From assembly GCF_006345805.1 (NCBI RefSeq), contig NW_021833935.1, positions 1-52,720 on the forward strand: DNA of 52,720 bases. Direction: 5' to 3'. The stretch comes from Octopus sinensis (Eukaryota). Position 1 is the first letter of the stretch; each line of letters starts with the position of its first letter. A model generated the notes under the pieces. It had not been told where the DNA came from. It searched no databases and was given only the letters and a program-made list of their open reading frames with translations. This document shows positions 1 to 11,890 of this stretch, in pieces. Position numbers and translations under genes: made by a program.

Positions 1-59
<59 letters not shown>

Positions 60-68
60 CATCATCAT
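1..68. repeat. (ATC)n microsatellite
   Basis: Direct trinucleotide repeat. Confidence 0.98.
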
Positions 69-184
69 AGAAATAATCAGCTCTTCAGATGGGTGAATGG
101 ATTGTTTTAGATTAAGAATTTGTTAAGTTTATGAATCTGTGTAGCAAGATTCCTGATGTGAAACCATGTGTTGAAACAAATATC

Positions 185-390
185 GTTATATTTCGGGATG
201 GTATTTTATTTTTCTTGCCAAATAAGAAGAATGGGCAGAAAGGGTCGCCGAAGAGCTCAAATGTGTGTAACGTAAGATTTTCGGGCAATCGACATAAGAT
301 AAAATAAGAACAGTAATAAGCTAGTGAAGAACAAATATACAGTGCGTGTGTTTATTTGGCCAAAAGAAAATAACCATCCTGAAATATAAC
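185..390. mobile_element. MITE with ~40-bp terminal inverted repeats
   Basis: Left GTTATATTTCGGGATGGTATTTTATTTTTCTTGCCAAATAA (185-224) vs reverse complement of right end GTTATATTTCAGGATGGTTATTTTCTTTTGGCCAAATAA (352-390). TSD not evident. Confidence 0.8.
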
Positions 391-712
391 AAAATTTGTA
401 GAATATATTGGTGCTTCAGTGTGCTTGTGTTGATTTTCGAATAGGGAGAGCGAAGTATCTAGAACTTTGTAAGAAAGTGTTATAGATTTCAACATCAAAG
501 TTCATTGCCAGCTCTTCAAGAACCTTTTATATATACGACATTGTATATCTTTCTCGTTTTCTGTATAAGGAAGAGTGTTTTAGAGTTCTCTCCCTTCCTT
601 AGAAGCTCAGTTATCATATTGAGGTTACTTTCTTAGTGTAGCATTACTGGATTGCTTCTAGACCTACCTAGAATACTATGTTGTGGTTATAGTTATGAGT
701 CATAATCCAGTT

Positions 713-895
713 AAGGTGCGTGGCTTAATGGTAAGGTTGTTGTAGTCATGATAGTAAAGATTGTGGTTTTGATTTCTGGTCAAGGTGATGCGTTGTGTTT
801 TTGAGTAAAACACTACATTCTGCGTTTTTCCAGTCCACTCAGCGAGCACAAATGAATAATCATGCGATGGACCAGTGCGTCTATATGATTTGGGA
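713..895 (+). mobile_element. Degenerate tRNA-derived SINE (family D)
   Basis: A-box-like GTGGCTTAATGG and a body homologous to the copy at 4704-4926 (CCAGTCCACTC...GCGATGGAC). Confidence 0.7.
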
Positions 896-1442
896 AGGAG
901 ATTTATCCTAATAATCCAGAGGGCTATGGAAAAATGTTCTACACAAAAACAGCATGTATTTTTGCTCATTCGAATCGAATTATCTCAATACATATTCCGC
1001 CACTACTTTGTATATCATTGGCAAGTTACAAATGTGTACACGAAAAGATACACCATTTAATATAATAATGAGCGTAGTGTTTTTATATATTTATATATAT
1101 GCATATTTGTCCAGGATCACGCCGGCCGCGGAGGAGGAGAGAAAATAGTAATTCAGTGAAGGAGAAGTAGTGAGAGTAATAGCCCTGGCTGAGAGGGAGT
1201 GAGAGAAAATAATAGCGATGAGAAAAAGGAAGGAGTGATAGACGAATAAGAAAGGAAAGGGGTGGAAAAGAACCAGCGTTTCAACTCTGTGTGAGTATAT
1301 GTGTGTATGTGTGTGCATGTATAAGGGAAGTGTGTGAATATTTGTATGTGTGATTATTATGTACCTCATTCTGTACCTTATTTATATATAAAATATTACA
1401 ATTAGCCGTCATTATTGACGGCACGTGCTCAACTAGTATACA

Positions 1443-1499
<57 letters not shown>

Positions 1500-1509
1500 A
1501 TATTATTCC

Positions 1510-3290
1510 GTTTAAGTATTGGCTATGAGTTTGAAATTGCAATCCTCTCCGGTCCTGCGCATCCTACTTGTGGAGTGTTTGTGGGCCGGTAGTGAAGAGC
1601 TTGAAATTTTCCAGTTAAAGCTGCATACTATTTTCGTCACCCGCTTCATAGATCACAGTTCTGCTGCAGGTTTCCAGCCTCACCAGGGCTCTTAAATTAC
1701 TTGAGATACTTACGTATCATCAGCATAGCAAGTGATAGTAGCTATTTGTAGAATCGAGGGTATGTTTGGTAGAGTCACAATAAAAAAGTAGTGACAGAAA
1801 GACAGTTCTCTGTGAGACTTTATTTAAAATTGATGTTTTCTTTGAGAGTACAGTAATTTACAACCGACTGACTTCTGCCGCTTAAAATCTCAGACGGCCA
1901 GTCTTCTCGTTTCCCAAATATGCAGTGACCACGCAATTTGCGACACGTTATCTCGTCATCGACTTTATCGAGAGCCTTTGCAAAGTCGATATTCCGCCTT
2001 CGAATGGTTGCCTTACTCAGTTATAGGGTTGCTGAAGCTCTATAAAAGGCGGCGAGCTGGCAGAAACGTTAGCACGCCGGGCGAAATACTTAGAGGTATT
2101 TCGTCTGCCGTTACATTCTGAGTTCAAATTCCGGCGAGGTCGACTTTGCCTTTCATCCTTTCGGGGTCGATAAATTAAGTACCAGTTACGCACTGGGGTC
2201 GATGTAATCGACTTAATCCCTTTGTCTGTCCTTGTTTGTCCCCTCTATGTTTAGCCCCTTGTGGGCAATAAAGAAATAAGAAGCTCTATGAAACAGCTTC
2301 TTACTGGAAGAAATCCCCGCAGGGTGTTATTTAGCGGATCATTTTCATCTAAGAACAAAAAGCAGTTTCTTTATGATAATTTCTTCTATGACTTCATTGC
2401 CATGAGAAATGAGAAACATGGGCCTGTAACTGTTAGTATCTGCTCTGTTTCCTTCTCTATGAACGGAAGATTTTATGCCTACCTTCAACTTTTTCGGTGA
2501 TTTCCCATTTGCCAAAAGACTTAAAATTATCTGGAATGGCTGAGCTGAAACATGTTTACAGGTTTTTAAGAGGATTACAGGAAATCCATAGGTGTCTGTT
2601 GAAGTGCTTAAGCTTATATCATCTGAGACCCATATTGGAACTTCCTCTTCATATTGGTATAATTTGATGGATGTCACTTCCATATGTAGGACCGTGCTTT
2701 TCAAAAACCTCATCAAGTTTATTTATCCGCAAGGGAGGTGAAAACACTTTCGGAACTGCTTGTTCAGGATTTCACTTAACTTTTTGGAGTCTTCCATTAG
2801 TAAGTTATCTTTTTGAAACAATGGCTCTATTTTAAGATGCGCTGTCGCTGACTCTCAAGCAAATGTCAAGAATACTTTAGTGTTGATTTCTCTTTCAGAT
2901 TTCTCCGCTTCACAAGAGTGCAAGGATTCGTTCTCTTTTTCTATAACTTAAGCAGGATTTTCGCTGTCTTTTAATTGCCTATTTAAGCAATGTGAGACCG
3001 TTGCTCTTAGTCTCATGTTAATTTTATTTTCTCAGGAAATTATATTTTTGTGTATGTTTCAGTTTCCATTTGCAGCACTTCTAAAGCACATAAATTGCAC
3101 TGTTGACCTACATTACTCAAGTTTTTATGTTATTGCCCTGCCAAGATGCATAGATATACTTCTTGGCCATTTCTGTATCAAGAACTCTTTGGGAGTCAAT
3201 GTACAGTCAGCTTTGTTGTAGTTCAAGTTGAACAGAGCTCGGGTGTTTCTTATGGGGAGCGTATTTGTGGATCCCTTGAACCAAATATTA
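1510..3290 (-). pseudogene. CR1/L2-like LINE ORF2 (reverse transcriptase) remnant, interrupted by a SINE
   Basis: Minus-strand ITCYADDT (YADD at 1716-1727); FPVILLKTCKHVSAQPFQI...ADTNSYRPM (pre-RT YRPI region, ORF 2345-2716); FNLNYNKAD linker near 3200-3250; many stops and frameshifts. Confidence 0.85.
2044..2279 (+). mobile_element. SINE family A, full length with TSD
   Basis: GGCGGCGAGCTGGCAGAAACGTTAG head, GAGTTCAAATTCC B-box, tail ...CAATAAAGAAATAA. TSD GAAGCTCTAT at 2034-2043 and 2280-2289. Confidence 0.93.
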
Positions 3291-3418
3291 TAAGTTTTGT
3301 TATGAACTAAGAAAATAATCCCCTTCATATTGTAGATATGTTCTATATTATGCACACGCACACACACTCTCACTCACCCACAACCACACACACATACACG
3401 CACGCACACGCAGGTGCA

Positions 3419-3453
<35 letters not shown>

Positions 3454-3618
3454 CTTTGTGTTGGAATATGAGTATTGCTTCCATTATTAATCATCAATTT
3501 TGGCGGGAATTTTATAAAGTATGGATGCGTCGTCTCTCAATGTTTTTATACCTAATGTTGTTTTATGGTATGTGCTGTTTTGTGTTGCGATTACTCTCTG
3601 TTGTTAATGCAGAGAGAG

Positions 3619-3654
<36 letters not shown>

Positions 3655-4018
3655 CTAATGCAAAGTCTAGCCAATACCCAAAGACATATTTCGTACAATC
3701 CACCGTTTAATATGAAAGTAACAAAGAATATAACCGGAAATTTCTTCCAATACTCACGAAATATTTTCCAGGTAAACATAACCATTTTAATCTTGTACTA
3801 AAAGCTAAGTCTTATAATATTGATAAAAAGCGTTGTGAGTTATGTACAACGGATACAAATGAGTTCTATTTTGCCGAGGATTTTGCTAAGAATAGGAATT
3901 ATTGTACCCCTATCAGTATGTGGGAATAAGATTTATAAAACATAGGTACGTTAGCGTTTAATTTTATTCAAAAATTGATGATACTTTATAGCATTCATAT
4001 TCTCAACATTGTCGAAGT

Positions 4019-4320
4019 CGTTTGTTCCTTCTCGAGCCACGCCTGGCTCATAAGGGCCTGTTTCCCGGTTTCTTGGCATATAGGTTCCCCACCTGGACGG
4101 GACGCCGGTCCGTCGCAGGTGAGCTGCAAGATGCAGGAGGAAAGAGTGAGAGATAGTTGTGACGAATGAGTCAGCAGACGTTCGCCATTACCTTCTTCCG
4201 GAGCCGCGTGGACCTTAGGTGTTTCTCTCATAAACACACACATCGCTCGGTCTGAGATCTGAACCCACGATCCCTCGACCGAGAGTCCGCTGCTCTAACC
4301 ATTAGGCCATGTGCCTCCAC
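4019..4320 (-). mobile_element. tRNA-derived SINE family C with TSD
   Basis: tRNA-like head with A and B boxes on the minus strand; homologous to 12882-13184. TSD TGTCGAAGT at 4010-4018 and 4321-4329. Confidence 0.92.
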
Positions 4321-4703
4321 TGTCGAAGTAGTAACTTCAATGAAATGGGACGATGAAATTCTAGATGTGAGTCACTTTTATGTCAAAAATCTTGTATAAT
4401 GATGAATGTTCAAGTAGAATATCTTATGATGGCAATGCGGATAAGTGACTATTTAGGTGCGAGGACCAAAGTACTCATATATGCTTCTATATGTGTAAAT
4501 GAAAATTGTTTGTATACGGTTATATGGAATTATATGCATGTATGCTAGTGATGCGTTTAAGCATATATCAACATTAATGCACGACTGACAGACATGGATG
4601 CATGAGTGTGTGTGTGTTTGTGTGTGTGTGTATGTGTGTGTGTGTGTGTGTAAGTGTATGAACGTATATGTATGTATGCTTATATATATTTATATATCTT
4701 GTG

Positions 4704-4926
4704 GTGGAGGCACGTGGCTTAGTGGTTAGGGTGTCAGCATCATGATCGTAAGATTGTGGCTTCGATTCCTGGACCGGGCAACACTTCATTTCACGTTGCT
4801 CCAGTCCACTCGGCTGGCAAAAATGACTAACGCTGCGATGGACTGGCGTCCCGTCCAGCTGGGGAAAACATACGCCATTGAAACCTGGAAACCGAGCCCA
4901 TGAGCCTAGGCTAGGTTTTAAAAGGG
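4704..4926 (+). mobile_element. tRNA-derived SINE family D
   Basis: GTGGCTTAGTGG A-box, GCTTCGATTCC B-box; 3' part GCGATGGACTGGCGTCCCGTCCAG...GAAACC shared with family C. Confidence 0.85.
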
Positions 4927-5281
4927 CTCATTTATTTTTATATTTATATATCTTGTGCATGTGTATGTATGCATGTGTGTGCGTACCTGTGTTTAAGCTA
5001 CATACATTTTCATGTGTTCGTGCGGATAAATGTATGTATTATACATTTAGATATGCGCATAATTCAATTTTTAATATGTGTGTGTGTGTGCATGCGCGCG
5101 TGTGTGTATATGTGTATGTGTCGATCAATGATGATGATGATGATGTGTGTGTGTGCGTGTGTATGTGTGTGTGTGTATTTCCTGCAAATAATAATAGTAG
5201 TATTTTATAAGATTAAACCTTATAGCGATCACCGCGCAATGACTAAAGAAAATAGTTAATAATGGACATATTAACCCTCAA

Positions 5282-5387
<106 letters not shown>

Positions 5388-5645
5388 TGCTTCTTTATTG
5401 GCCACGCAGGGTTGAACACAGAAGGGACAAAATACAAAATAGAGCTTTTCTTTTTAGGAAGAGAAGGGGAAAAAAAGAAAAACAAGGAAGGGGTAGAAAT
5501 TCGATCAAAAGGGATCGTTAAAAAAAAAGGCCTATCAATAGGGATCGTGTATCACAGAAATGTCATAGTGTAAAAATTAGAAACAGATTAGGTTTATCCA
5601 GGGAAAGAAAAGCCTACGGAAAAGACAACGGTAACTTCGGGCAAA
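5388..5645 (-). mobile_element. Putative LINE 3' end sharing its tail with SINE family A
   Basis: Last 41 nt match the SINE-A tail at 33/41 without gaps; upstream sequence is not SINE-A body; followed by a (CTAT)n tail. Confidence 0.5.
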
Positions 5646-5659
5646 AAAAAACGACTTGA

Positions 5660-5985
5660 ATAATTTTAGCCGAACAAATCGACTCCAGTACTTATTTTGT
5701 TAAGCATGGTACTTATTCTATCGGTCTCCTTTGCCGAGCCTCTGAGTTACGGGAAGATAAACTCACCAGCACCGGCTGTCAAGTAGTGGAGAAGACAGAC
5801 ACAGGTATAGACATAGCCACACACACATACATATGAAGGGCTTCTTTCAGTTACCGTTTATCAAATCTACTCACAAGGCTTTGGTCGGCCAGAGGCTATA
5901 GTAGAAGACACTTACCCGAGGTTCCACGCAACAGGATTGAACCCAGAACCATGTGGTCGCGGAGCAAAATTCTTACCACAGCAAC
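5660..5985 (-). mobile_element. SINE family B
   Basis: Homologous to 6493-6835 and 17595-18072 (CACAAGGCTTTGGTCGG...TAGTAGAAGACACTT core); degenerate tRNA head near 5930-5985. Confidence 0.85.
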
Positions 5986-5996
5986 AGACATTTTTA

Positions 5997-5997
<1 letters not shown>

Positions 5998-6087
<90 letters not shown>

Positions 6088-6101
6088 TTACTTATCTACC
6101 A

Positions 6102-6166
<65 letters not shown>

Positions 6167-6182
6167 ATATATATATATCTAT
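5998..6182. repeat. Compound (CTAT)n/(TA)n microsatellite
   Basis: Direct repeats. Confidence 0.97.
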
Positions 6183-6206
6183 ATACAACTTTGTTTATTC
6201 TTAAAC

Positions 6207-6249
6207 TAGTCCGACGATGGCTTTGCTGGCCGAAACTTCGAAGTCACTG
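6207..6249 (+). ncRNA. Minimal type I hammerhead-ribozyme-like motif (U4C variant)
   Basis: TAGT-CCGACGA-T-GGC(TTTGCTG)GCC-GAAA-CTTCGAAG-TC/ACTG: stem I TAGT:ACTG, stem II, palindromic stem III ACTTCGAAGT, GUC cleavage triplet ending at 6245. Confidence 0.55.
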
Positions 6250-6417
6250 TCAACGATATTCCTGTTTAAGCATGATAAATTTGTACTCTACAGAGTACCC
6301 GCCAGATGAAAACGTAAATTGTTTTTATTATAACTGTACACAAGAACAAAAGTTGATACATATATATATATATATATAATATACATCTATATTTATATAT
6401 ATATATATGTATAATAT

Positions 6418-6472
<55 letters not shown>

Positions 6473-6492
6473 ATTATATATATATATATATA

Positions 6493-6835
6493 CACTCTTT
6501 TTACTCTTTTACTTGTTTCAGTCATTTGACTGCGGCCATGCTGGAGCAGCACCGCCTTTAATCGAACAACTCGACCCGGGACTTATTCTTTTTGTAAGCC
6601 CATACTTATTCAATCGGTCTCTTTTGCCGAACCGCTAAGTAACGGGGACATAAACACACCAGCATCGGTTGTCAAGCAATGCTAGGGGGGACAAACACAA
6701 ACACACAAACACACACACGCATATATATATATCATATATACGACGGGCTTCTTTCAGTTTCCGTCTACCAAACCACTCACAAGGCTTTGGTCGGCCCGAG
6801 GCTATAGTATAAGACACTTGCCCAAGGTGCCACGC
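6493..6835 (-). mobile_element. SINE family B, 5'-truncated
   Basis: Tail GGTGCTGCTCCAGCATGGCCGCAGTCAAATGACTGAAACAAGTAAAAGAG and core TTGGGCAAGTGTCTT on the minus strand. Confidence 0.9.
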
Positions 6836-6855
6836 ATTATACATACATATGTATG

Positions 6856-6922
<67 letters not shown>

Positions 6923-7399
6923 TAGCCGAAATTACTACGATGATCCGGTTCTTGACTGAAGACTGAGGGTTTCAAATGTCCTGTCCATGTTTATGTGTAT
7001 CGTCTTCTATGAGTTATACGTTCTTGTCCATGTTGTATTTTTCTACATACCTTATATATATATATATATATACATATAGACACGCGCACACACAGATACA
7101 CTTCTGTTCGTATGCATAAAGACGCAAGTTTCAAGATGGCTGAATCAGCACGAAAATAATACATACGGTAAACACACCAATAAAGCGTATATACCCTTTC
7201 TCGCACCCCTCACCACCGCCGCCGTCTCGAAAGAAAAAGAAGTACAAAAACAAACAATAAATACAGGAGTAATTGTATGAAAAGCATCGTCCTCACCAAG
7301 TACTCCTTCATCTTTTCGTGAAGAACTCATCAAGTTTATATTTCAACACTCCCCACTAGGCCAATTTCCTCGGTACAACACACACAAAAACACAGACAC

Positions 7400-7534
7400 A
7401 CACACGAATATATATATCTATGTATATATATATGTATATTATATATATATATATATATATAATATATAGATATTATATATATATATATAATTATACACAT
7501 ATATATATGTAATATATATATACATACATATATA

Positions 7535-7572
<38 letters not shown>

Positions 7573-7859
7573 AGTCAATTATACATATACATACATATAT
7601 ATGTATGTGTATATAATATATTTATATATACAAGTAAACGTATACACACACACACACACATATATATATTATGTAAATGTATATATATATAATATACACA
7701 CACACATATGTATGTATGTATATATATTATTTATATATACAAGTAAACATATACACGCACGCACAAATATATATGTGTGTGTATATATATCTATATCTGC
7801 AAGTAAATATATACATTCACACACTATATATGTATATATATACATATACATATATCTTA

Positions 7860-7892
<33 letters not shown>

Positions 7893-7939
7893 CAAGTAAA
7901 CGTACACACACACATGCATATATATATGTGTGTATGTAT

Positions 7940-7975
<36 letters not shown>

Positions 7976-8215
7976 ATATATATATAATGTATATATAACA
8001 TGGTAACATATAAACACATACACCGCGCGCGCTTTCGTAGACACGCTCACGCATACACGCACACACACAGACACTTTTACACGCATGTATTCACAGACAT
8101 TTACACACACGCGCACACATACATATGTGTGCGTGTGTCTGTGTATGTGTGTGCGTGCGTGTGGGGTGTGTGTGTGTGGTGTGTGTGTGTGCGTGTGCGT
8201 GTGCGTGTGTGTACA
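7400..8215. repeat. Compound TA/CA/GT microsatellite field
   Basis: Dinucleotide arrays; source of several spurious ORFs. Confidence 0.95.
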
Positions 8216-8274
8216 CATCGACGCATTAACACTGACACACATCAAGTGATAGATATATTTTGCAAATTACCGAA

Positions 8275-8773
8275 GTGACGTCAGCAGTAAAGGGACAGTG
8301 AGGGTGGAGGAGGTGAGGGTAGTGTCGGCGGGGACAGTAACAGTAGCATGGTGGGGTGTTGGCAGTGGGTGTGGTCGGGATGGTGACGATGACGGCGGTG
8401 ATGATGGTGGTGCTGGTGGCGTCGGTGGTGCCGATAGTTTTTGAGTAATGATAGAGATGCTAATGAATGTGATGGCGGTGGTGCTGGTGCTGGTGACCTT
8501 CCTGATTGTGGTAGTGGTGGTTGTAGTAGAGGCGAAGACTTTTGGTAGTAGTGGTATAATGGTGTTAGTAATTGTAGTGGTGCTGGTGGTGATGGTGGTG
8601 GTGGTGGTGGCAGGTGCAGAGCTGGTGGTGGTGGTGGTGGTGGTGGTAGTGGTGGTGGCGGCGGTAGTGCTGGTGTGTAGCGTTATATGGCTGCACACAG
8701 TACATATATTTTCGTTGTTGCTGTTAACTTCTTCATACTTTTATAGTAGTAGTAGTAGTATAGTAGTAGTAGT

Positions 8774-8804
<31 letters not shown>

Positions 8805-8810
8805 TAGTTA
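8275..8810. repeat. Degenerate (GGT)n/(AGT)n low-complexity tract
   Basis: Trinucleotide mosaic grading into pure (AGT)n. Confidence 0.85.
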
Positions 8811-8956
8811 ATGTGTTTGGTGCCAATCAGAATGATAGAAATGGCCAAGCGGAAAATTTTTGAAGGCTTATAGTGATTCAAAAAATACATAAACAAATAA
8901 ATGAATGAATGAATAGATAAATAAATAAATAAATAAATAAATAGAAGGTATCGTTT

Positions 8957-8989
<33 letters not shown>

Positions 8990-9184
8990 TTTGTGCCAGC
9001 CGACTCTCAGAGACCCGGGATTCTTGTTCTTCCATTGGCTAAATCATGTAAACCGGATACACGAGGTCACAACCTGATTGGATCCAAAACAACTATTTCG
9101 CTTCAAATCAGTTCCTTGTTGTCACCATCATTTTATTATATAATCAATTTAGCCGGGCAGACATTTATGAATCTATGTCTGCTA

Positions 9185-9275
9185 ACGCATGCATGAATGC
9201 CTATATGTATGTATGTATGTATGTAAGTATGTATGTATGTATGTATGTATGTATGTATGTATGTATGTATGTATG

Positions 9276-9306
<31 letters not shown>

Positions 9307-9363
9307 GAATGTATACATGCATACATGTATGTATGTATGCATGAATGTATGCATGAATGTATG

Positions 9364-9395
<32 letters not shown>

Positions 9396-9487
9396 CATGT
9401 ATGTATGTATGTAAGAATGTATACATGCATACATGTATGTATGTATGCATGAATGTATGCATGAATGTATGTAAGTATGTATGTATG

Positions 9488-9518
<31 letters not shown>

Positions 9519-9531
9519 GTATGTATGTATG

Positions 9532-9562
<31 letters not shown>

Positions 9563-9619
9563 GAATGTATACATGCATACATGTATGTATGTATGCATGA
9601 ATGTATGCATGAATGTATG

Positions 9620-9651
<32 letters not shown>

Positions 9652-10123
9652 CATGTATGTATGTATGCGTGCATGCATGCATGTATGAATGCATGTATGT
9701 ATATATGTATGTATGTATGCATGTATGTATGTATGTATCAATGCATGTATGTATGTATGTATGAATGTATATGTGTATTCATGCATGTATGTATGTATAT
9801 ATGTATGAATATATGTATGTATAAATGTATGTATGTATATATGTATGTATGCATGCATGTATGTATGTATGAATGTGTGTATGTATGAATATTTGTATGT
9901 ATATATGTCATTGTTCAGTTTTATTTCAAGATTTCTTACCAATAGGGAAAAAACCAGTTTCTAACCTAGATCCAAAGTTCCTTCATTGGAATTTCAAAAT
10001 CAGCAACAGAGTATTTTTGTTTATTTGTATGTATGTATGTATGTATGTATATTTGCATGTATGTATGTATGTATGTATGTATGTATGTATGTATGTATGT
10101 ATGTATGTATGTATGAATGTATG

Positions 10124-10154
<31 letters not shown>

Positions 10155-10210
10155 GTATGTATGTATGTATGTTTGTATGTATGTATGTATGTATGTATGT
10201 ATGTATGTTT
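9185..10210. repeat. Large (TATG)n arrays with higher-order units
   Basis: Arrays at 9185-9905 and 10022-10210 separated by ~120 bp of unique sequence; diagnostic block TAAGAATGTATACATGCATACATG at 9304, 9412 and 9560. Confidence 0.97.
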
Positions 10211-10211
10211 G

Positions 10212-11022
10212 TGCAGATTTCTATATTTTATTATGCATTCTCATGCATAGAGTTACATATCTAGACATGCTCATACATATTTAAATGCTAAACTTCTGGA
10301 AAGTTTTACAGATTTTTACAGTTCCAGTGATGGATTGGAACTGTAGTTTTCGAATTAGATTTTTCCCTTTCTGGTTTTGAGAAGCCTAATTTCTCAAGAT
10401 TAGTATTTAGACAATGTGTTACATATCCCAGGGCCCCAATAATTACAGGTATAAACCTGAAGTTGTTATTCGGATAGAGTAATTGCAGATTTCTCAATAG
10501 TTCAGCATAGGTATTCTCTTTTTCACAGATCTTCAGCTTTATGTTAACATCCGCTGGGCAGCTAGTTTCGACAAATATACACAGTTTCTCTTCTCTTTCC
10601 CAAATCATTATATTAGGTCTGTTGTGCTTACATTTTATTTAGGTCTTCACTGGTACATTCCACCAGTACTCTTTTTTTATTGAGAGGCTATGGCTTCTAC
10701 CATACTGTGTGTTCTTATTTCTCTGTCCACGTGCTTATCCTTCCGACGGATTTCATTATAGAGTGTTCGAGCTAGTTCATGTCTCATCGACAGATATAAC
10801 CATGTTATCATTTTCGGACAACTGCTTATGATGTGGGTGATATCTTTGGTGTTAACTCCACAAAGTTTGCATCGGTTGTCACATTTTACTGCTTTTCCTA
10901 CATTTCTATATCTTTTGTGCATCAGGTACTTGGTTAATATTTCCTGTTCCTGTAGTTCAAACGCATACCCTTCAAAGTGGGATGTAGTAATCCGGAAATT
11001 GGTCCATGATAGACTGCTTTCA
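10212..11022 (-). mobile_element. 5'-truncated R4/Dong-like non-LTR retrotransposon (zinc knuckle plus restriction-like endonuclease)
   Basis: HFEGYAFELQEQEI, CKLCGVNTKDITHIISSC (CCHC), MRHE, EYWWNVPVKT*IKCKHNRPNIMIW...VETSCP...EKENTY...IPVIIGALG; typical R4/Dong C-terminus with stops and frameshifts. Confidence 0.85.
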
Positions 11023-11704
11023 TGATTAATGTTATGTATATATGTATGTATGCATGTATGTATGTATGTATGTATGTATGTATGTATGTATGTATGTATG
11101 TATGTTATGTATGTATGTATGCATTAGAGACACGCGTATGTCGGCGTGATGATGGTTGGGGTTCAGTGCGATCTGGTACCTTAGTCAAGTTCCTTCTAAT
11201 AAAAACCCGGGGCGACCAATGCCTGGACAATGAAGTTGGGAAACAGAACCCGTACGAAAGTCTGTCATGTGTGTAGTAAATGTGTATGTGTGTGTGTGTG
11301 TGTGGTGTGTGTGTATGTGTATGTGTGTATGTGTGTGATTGTGTGTTTACATACGTACATGTGCTTTTGAATTCACACTCGCATACATATACGCACACGA
11401 TTCCACCAACTGGATTGTGTGATTATTCAATTAAATCGTTGCCCAGTGTTTGACTTCTGCTTATTTTATTGACCCCGGCATGATAAAATCAAAGTTAACT
11501 CTAGCGTGATTTGAACTCAGAATATCAGAATGTAAACAGCCGTAACTAAATACCACATGGCATTTTTTCCGGTACTCTTACGATTCTACTAACCAATCAT
11601 CACCCTAAATGAATTCAATAACGGAACTGCTTACCTCGAACTTTCGTTTGTTCAATTGCTACAACGTTTTCATCTATTTGAATTTCACCGCGTTTAACCT
11701 GCTT

Positions 11705-11890
11705 TGTGAACAGAAAGAGATTCTCAAGGGAACTTAGATGGACTCATATTCCAAGAAATGGCACATGATTGATTGTGCAAAACTAGAATGTATGAGACGT
11801 CTGGGTCTTAAGAGATGCTGTATTTGACATAGACCATAATTTTGTTTGAACTAAATTGTATTTCAAAGCAAGACTCAAATTTTGAAAGCA
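11705..11890 (+). pseudogene. RTE-type AP-endonuclease C-terminal fragment
   Basis: WTHIPRNGT..MIDC and VFDIDHNFV*TKLYFKARL (SDH-like motif at 11829-11837), frameshifted. Confidence 0.55.

Noticed and set aside
1110-1296. First exon/promoter (CpG cluster, GA-rich tract, GTGAGT at 1291)
   Set aside because: The motifs are short and common, the donor-like site merges into a GT microsatellite, and there is no ORF support.
3995-4243. Conserved small protein shared with ORF 12955-13170
   Set aside because: Both lie in SINE-C copies, and the frames diverge by frameshift at the 3' end; similarity reflects the repeat, not coding selection.
6950-6990. Hammerhead at CTGAAGA (also 52491-52497)
   Set aside because: The core is present, but neither copy has GAAA or convincing stems.
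8267-8777. Mucin-like Thr/Pro-rich ORF and antisense poly-Val ORF
   Set aside because: Both are translations of a degenerate GGT/AGT repeat; no splice or signal-peptide support.
9136-9942. 268-aa HTYI-repeat ORF and similar YIYI/CVCV/LSIY/poly-I ORFs across the window
   Set aside because: Stop-free reading of microsatellites.
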